From Anthoceros angustus (lineage: Eukaryota > Plantae > Anthocerotophyta), in contig MU008181.1 of assembly GCA_010909165.1 (NCBI GenBank), positions 434,001 through 498,000 of the forward strand: DNA of 64,000 nucleotides, read 5' to 3'. The translations under genes and the position numbers were made by a program. Within the stretch, counting starts at the first letter, position 1, and each line of letters begins with the position of its first letter. Shown here in pieces: positions 58,156 through 64,000 of this stretch. The notes beneath the pieces are model-generated. The model had not been told where the DNA came from, ran no database searches, and worked only from the letters and a program-made list of their open reading frames with translations.

Positions 58156-59344
58156 CAAACTGGGACTCCAAAATGGGACGCGCCCAGGTTTAGAGTTTTA
58201 GAAGCATTGCAATTTGTAAGCCAATTTTTGAGCACACCAACTTGTAAGCATGTGCTCACAGCTGTGTCCTAGCTTTGTACAGTTGTCCCAGAACGATGCT
58301 CCTCTATCCCTACAGTTGTTCTAGAACGATGCTCCTGTGTCCCTTCCTTTTCCCCTGTTCACTAGCGTCCCCTACCTATGAAAACATACCTGAATAGTCT
58401 ACCGTAACGACTGCTAGTAAGATTTGCCCCTGCAGCTGTAAGGCTGCAAACGACAAACACAAATCCGTATACAAGGGAGGAAATGTCGTGGGTAGTGCCA
58501 GGGCCCCTAAAGCTCTTCAGGACCTTTGAACAACGCTCCCATGACTGCAATTGGAAACAGAAGGAAGGGGTGTACACAATAACCGTGACAGACAGTGCAA
58601 CCGTGTGTTTCACTGGCGAATTGTCTCCATACGGACAGGATGATGGCAAATGCCAACGGCGCAAATTACGCGAAACCAGTGTTTCCTTCCGTAACGCGAT
58701 GTAGAAGCTGTGGGATCTGGACAACGTCGCTGTAGGATGCCATGGAAGCAACTCCTTCTATTCCGCTCCGAGACAAGAGATCAATAAAAGCGACCGTATC
58801 GCAGTGCTTTGTTCTTTGAAGACCCTTTTAGGCCGGGAAGCGAGCTCGAAAAACTGAATGCTAGCAAGCCTTCAAGAGTGAACTCACGCATGGATATGTC
58901 TCCACAAGCGCTAATAGTAGAACCGTGGTCACTATAGCCGCAGTTCCCTCATCAAGGAGTTGGGCGACGTAGGTTCTGCAGGACGACTCTTGCAACCAAT
59001 CGGCTGCGCTGCAGGAGGATGAGCGATGGACATGATGCATCTGCTGCAATTGCTTAACCTTCAAAAGCCCGAGGCTGGGGTGAAGCCCATCTTTATCATC
59101 AGTCGTGACAGTCTAGGAAAGTACCTTCGCAGAACTTTACAGACTACATTTCCATGGCTGCTCTAGATATGGTCGTAACACTCCAGCTGGTACCTCGTTT
59201 CCTTGGATATCGGAGACTGCCGCCTCATCTGGTGCCGTGAGCGCCTAGGCTTGGACTCAGGCGGTGTTAAATTTTCTTCTGTCGTTCAAGGGTGCGCTGA
59301 AAACATAACTTTGGCTAGTAAAATTGTGACATTGACAAAATATC

Positions 59345-59412
59345 TGCACCGGCCGGAATCGAACCTGGTCTGTACCGTGGCAGGTACTATTCTACCACTA
59401 GACCACCGGTGC
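59345..59412 (-). tRNA. tRNA-Gly(GCC)-like copy, 68 nt, with three 1-bp deletions (pseudo-copy or sequencing error)
   Basis: Identical to the 60499-60569 copy except shortened C/G homopolymers in the anticodon stem, T-stem region and T/acceptor junction, plus one substitution. Confidence 0.6.
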
Positions 59413-60498
59413 TGAGGCTGTCTCAATCGATCCCAATAAACTTAGATTATAACTTTATCAGCATATATCCCTCATAACAGCCTGGGTTTTAGTCTTAGCA
59501 GTAGGAGGACGCCTGTCCAATGTCGTCAGTGTATCTGTACAAGTGAATCTTGAGGCAGGCTCGCAAGGTTGAACTTCATATTGTGGGATGTCTGCAGGAT
59601 GGCAAGATAATTGGACGAGCTCCAAGCCGGTAGTGTTATTAGCCCACAGAGACTTCAATTGCGGATCACTACCCACAAAGAGAGATAAAAGACTTGAATT
59701 GCTCCCTTTTGTGGTACCTGTTGGGATCATGGCACGATAGCCTCGATCACGTCTCCTGTTGGCCATCCCACAGTGACACACAGAGTGCAAATAGATGATG
59801 GCAAATGCCGCTGGCGCAAAATTACGCGAAACCAGTGTTTCCTTCCGTAACGCGATGTAGAAGCTGTGGGATCTGGACAACGTCGCTGTAGGATGCCATG
59901 GAAGCAACTCCTTCTATTCCGCTCGAGACAAGAGATCAATAAAAGCGACCGTATCGCAGTGCTTTGTTCTTTGAAGACCCTTTTAGGCCGGGAAGCGAGC
60001 TCGAAACTGAATGCTAGCAAGCCTTCAAGAGTGAACTCACGCATGGATATGTCTCCACAAGCGCTAATAGTAGAACCGTGGTCACTATAGCCGCAGTTCC
60101 CTCATCAAGGAGTTGGGCGACGTAGGTTCTGCAGGACGACTCTTGCAACCAATCGGCTGCGCTGCAGGAGGATGAGCGATGGACATGATGCATCTGCTGC
60201 AATTGCTTAACCTTCAAAAGCCCGAGGCTGGGGTGAAGCCCATCTTTATCATCAGTCGTGACAGTCTAGGAAAGTACCTTCGCAGAACTTTACAGACTAC
60301 ATTTCCATGGCTGCTCTAGATATGGTCGTAACACTCCAGCTGGTACCTCGTTTCCTTGGATATCGGAGACTGCCGCCTCATCTGGTGCCGTGAGCGCCTA
60401 GGCTTGGACTCGGGCGGTGTTAAATTTTCTTCTGTCGTTCAAGGGTGCGCTGAAAACATAACTTTGGCTAGTAAAAATTGTGACATTGACAAAATATC

Positions 60499-60569
60499 TG
60501 CACCGGCCGGGAATCGAACCCGGGTCTGTACCGTGGCAGGGTACTATTCTACCACTAGACCACCGGTGC
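60499..60569 (-). tRNA. tRNA-Gly(GCC), intronless, 71 nt
   Basis: GCACCGGTGGTCTAGTGGTAGAATAGTACCCTGCCACGGTACAGACCCGGGTTCGATTCCCGGCCGGTGCA: complete cloverleaf, A/B boxes, GCC anticodon, downstream T-runs. Confidence 0.96.
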
Positions 60570-61522
60570 TGAGGCTGTCTCCAATCGATCCCAATAAACT
60601 TAGATTATAACTTTATCAGCATATATCCCTCATAACAGCCTGGGTTTTAGTCTTAGCAGTAGGAGGACGCCTGTCCAATGTCGTCAGTGTATCTGTACAA
60701 GTGAATCTTGAGGCAGGCTCGCAAGGTTGAACTTCATATTGTGGGATGTCTGCAGGATGGCAAGATAATTGGACGAGCTCCAAGCCGGTAGTGTTATTAG
60801 CCCACAGAGACTTCAATTGCGGATCACTACCCACAAAGAGAGATAAAAAGACTTGAATTGCTCCCTTTTTGTGGTACCTGTTGGGATCATGGCACGATAG
60901 CCTCGATCACGTCTCCTGTTGGCCATCCCACAGTGACACACAGAGTGCAAATAGATGATGGCAAATGCCGCTGGCGCAAAATTACGTGCAGTGCTTCCTT
61001 CCATACGAGTTTGAGGCTTCTCCCGGATCTGGACAACGTTGCTGTAAGATGCCATCGACGCAACTCCTCCAATTCTTCCGTTCCGAGACGAGGTAAATGA
61101 GAGCAACCATATGACCATGAAGTCATCTTCAGAACACCACGATGAATCCAGGAATGGAACGTTGGGCTTGGCTGCCGCTCCAACAGCATCTGGCTCCAGA
61201 CTGAGAACTTGCCAAAACAGCACAACCAGAAACCGCAGAGATCCGTGAAGTATTATCTGTGCCGCTCGCTACAAGCCTCTACGTGGAACTGCAGTCTTCA
61301 CATCTTAGGAATGGTGTTCACATAGGCCTATAAGGTTACTGGTTTGCTGTGGTCTGTTGACTGGTTCCCTGTAGACGAAACTGACAATGGTTGGAACGGA
61401 ACTGGAGGGAGTCCTCATGTGACTTGAGCTTCCCCACCCAAGCTGCCACCTGTTTTGAGAATCAGGGTACAGCACAGTCACAAGCGCTTTATGAATGTAA
61501 GCAGTAGGACACTTCCGGAATT

Positions 61523-61630
61523 TGAGTGTCATTCTCTACTGATTTTTGTCCGCTGTAGTTGAAGTCAATTCTCTACTGACTTTTGTCCGCTGCAGTTGAG
61601 TGTCAATTCTCTACTGACTTTTGTCCTGTG
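61523..61630. repeat. 3 x about 37-38-bp tandem repeat
   Basis: tga(g)tgtcaattctctactgacttttgtccgctgcagt-like units. Confidence 0.85.
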
Positions 61631-61718
61631 CTGCATTTGGTGGAGCTCATATTCATCATCAGTTGTGACGTATCTCCAAAGTGCCCTTGCACTTACAGAC
61701 TACATTTCCATGGCTTCT

Positions 61719-63910
61719 CTAGACATAGTACATCCATCGTCTACCACGACCGGGGCGAACTGCAAAACCCAGACGTTCCAGCATTTCAGCAACACCGGTT
61801 CTTAATCTACCAACTTCATCACAAAACCAGTTTTTCTCACAGATAGTGCAGCACCTCATCGTCCGAGTCAAATGTTGCTTCATCGTACAGAAGCCAGCCA
61901 AGGCTGCCTTCCAAGAGTTTCTGTAATCGCCTAGCCTGGAAGAACCGTAGAGTAAGGAGAACAGAAAGTGAAAGACAAGCAGGACCTTCTCGAGGCTTTA
62001 AACAGAATGAGCTAACCTGGTGCAGAAGCTCCCCATCAACAGGACGACTGCTCAGCAGCAACAAAACGAAATCCTGAAGCACACCGCAGGATGAGGCCTC
62101 AGCAATCCGTCAACAGTCAACAATGTCCTGTTCAACCATTCAAGTTTTTCTGACCTTAAAGCGCATACGAAGAAAGTTATCTTCTGAAAACCATGATGAA
62201 TCCAGGAATGGAACGTTAGGCTTGGCGGCCGCTCCGACAGCATCTGGCTCCAGACTGAGCTTCAGTTGCCAATACAGCACAACCAGAAACTGCAGGATGC
62301 AAGATCCGTAAGATATTAGGTGTGCCGCTTGCTACAAGCCCTGCTCACATACTGTGCAATTTCTGCGTACTGAGGACAAGGCCAAATACCTTACTGAACA
62401 ACACCGTTCGCATGTGTAAAGGCTGCAAGTGACATAAGACAAATTCAGCGGCAGAGCAGGTAACACGCAGCCCCATAAGCTACCAACTTCAGAAACGTGC
62501 AGTGCGTGTGAAGAACAATAACCGAAACCAAACAACAACGGCAGCTTACTGCTGCTTCACAGCTCAGCATGAGGTTGATGAGCTCTTTCCACTGGCGAAA
62601 ACCTTCAAGCGATTGCCCCATCTACAAACTCCGGATTGTTGACATGAGATGACTTCGCCTTCAAAATGCTGGAGCTGCTCAACCACGTGATATAGTTTCT
62701 GGGACTCACCAGAAAGGCCACAAAGGAGAATTGCAATTCCCCCAAAAGCAGATTCTCATTATCCTTGAAGTGCTGATGCAACAAACTCTCCAAAGCTGTG
62801 CTCTGAATATACCATTAAGCAGCTGATAGAGCACTGCGGCCAGAACCCCTCCAACCGCAGGATTTACTGATCATTTAAACAAGACACCACACACGCTACA
62901 TGAAGAAAGGTTTACCTTGTCCAAATTTAAGGCTGTTAACTCAGAGGCAGACAATCCGGCCCTCTTTACAAGCTGTGGCAGGGGTGTGTAAAAGCATCGC
63001 CCGGTACCCTTCCCTTGAGAAGTCTCCACTTCTGATGAGGCCGTGGCAACATGTTCTTCACTGGAGCAAACGGTCCTTTGAAGCTCAATCTGCTTCATGA
63101 GCTTCCTCTCAGCAGGGCTTGCAAGATAATTCTCTGCAACGTGAGCCTCTGCCAGGATGCTGATGTTTCCCCCAATAGGCTCTGTCCACACAGGTTCCCA
63201 GTCAGAGATGAGCGCATAACAAAGATTTCATGACTAGAACCCATGAATGGATCATGGCACCAGCTCACCTAGACGGCTGATGACATCAGCCGTGATGTAG
63301 TTTGTGAGGTGTTCCCAGGATCCGAAGTGATGAATGTCATAAGCTCCAAGATGCTTGTCAAAATCAAAGTTTCGAACGCCTTGCACAAAGCGCTCCTCCT
63401 GAGAAAGTTATCTGCACTCTCCAAGTCAATTGAGGCACGAGCAAAACCGATTGACGCAAGCCCACTTTCAAATTCACAGGGTTGAGTAGTCCTTCACCTC
63501 ACTGCTATCCGAAACTCTGATGAGGGTCTCAGTCTCTGGATCCCATCTTCGGACTATCACCTGCATGCAATCATCTCCATAACAAAATGTTGCAGCCCAT
63601 TCCCAGACATTCCTGATACCGGCAGACAATGCAAAACCAGCCTATCAACCACAACGAGCCATCCAATATCCGACCTGCGAAGTACTGAGGTGCAGAAAAA
63701 ATCCAGTAACCGGCGAAGCATCATGTCCATGTCTGTCGACACAACCGTTAGCACACTGCAATTTTCTTAAGCATCCAACAAGACCAAAGAGTTATCTGCT
63801 AGCTGCTGAAATTGGTGAACTTACTTGCTGCTGGAACTGTAGTACACAAAGTGAGGACCAGGAGGAAGCATCTTCACTCCTTGGAAGTTGGGTCCAAGAG
63901 CAAACATCTA
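61719..63910 (-). CDS. AAR2: AAR2 homolog (U5 snRNP assembly factor), multi-exon, 5' end probably beyond the window
   Basis: MFALGPNFQGVKMLPPGPHFVYYSS; SPVTGFF; VIVRRWD; GVRNFDFDKHLGAY..WEHLTNYIT; LLGELQFSFVAFL|MGQSLEGFRQWK; FLDSSWFSEDNFL; LLEGSLGW; DSDDE|FAPVVV, stop at 61719. Confidence 0.92.
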
Positions 63911-64000
63911 CGATAACATAGAAGTAAGCCTCCCAACCCCCTCAAGCAAGTGGCGCAACCCAGGCATCCTGGCCCGTCAACAGGAACAAAGAAAGAAAGA

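Larger units (their letters stand above)
58640..61300. repeat. About 1.15-kb tandem duplication (2 near-identical units plus a diverged partial third) containing tRNA-Gly and AAR2-derived fragments
   Basis: gatgatggcaaatgcc recurs near 58640, 59795 and 60955. The AAR2 3'-UTR-like string acagactacatttccatggc is in both units and near 61695. About 61120-61260 is a diverged copy of the AAR2 exon at about 62155-62290. Confidence 0.9.

Overview
Gene-dense eukaryotic nuclear DNA with short GT-AG introns (mostly 80-170 bp) and about 50% GC. The gene set is land-plant type: LISCL-type GRAS, SUF4, BORDER-like, a PLS-PPR relic and plastid-type CRM/DUF309 genes. This, with the compactness, suggests a non-seed plant, most like a hornwort (inference only). 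Eleven recognisable intact-looking genes: mitochondrial adrenodoxin/ferredoxin reductase, MAF1, ERdj7/C50-type DnaJ, HSP101, SUF4, an ML lipid-binding protein, GRAS, a YhbY/CRM protein, DUF309, a TFIIS-M/SPOC protein and a 5'-incomplete AAR2. Also present: a tandem pair of 134-aa secreted Cys-rich proteins with a beta/gamma-crystallin-like signature, two tRNA-Gly(GCC) copies inside an AAR2-derived tandem duplication, and many TE relics (MULE, CRE-like RLE retroelements, a TA-TSD MITE nested in a Copia-like LTR, satellites). The top candidate novelty is a 9-exon gene (3449-7558, predicted 882 aa). It fuses an organelle-type leader, a catalytically complete DPD1/DnaQ-like DEDDh exonuclease, the connector domain of a cyanobacterial-type MutS1 (no mismatch-binding or ATPase domain) and a DnaX/STICHEL-like C-terminal domain. 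All family calls are from remembered motifs by eye; no database search was run.
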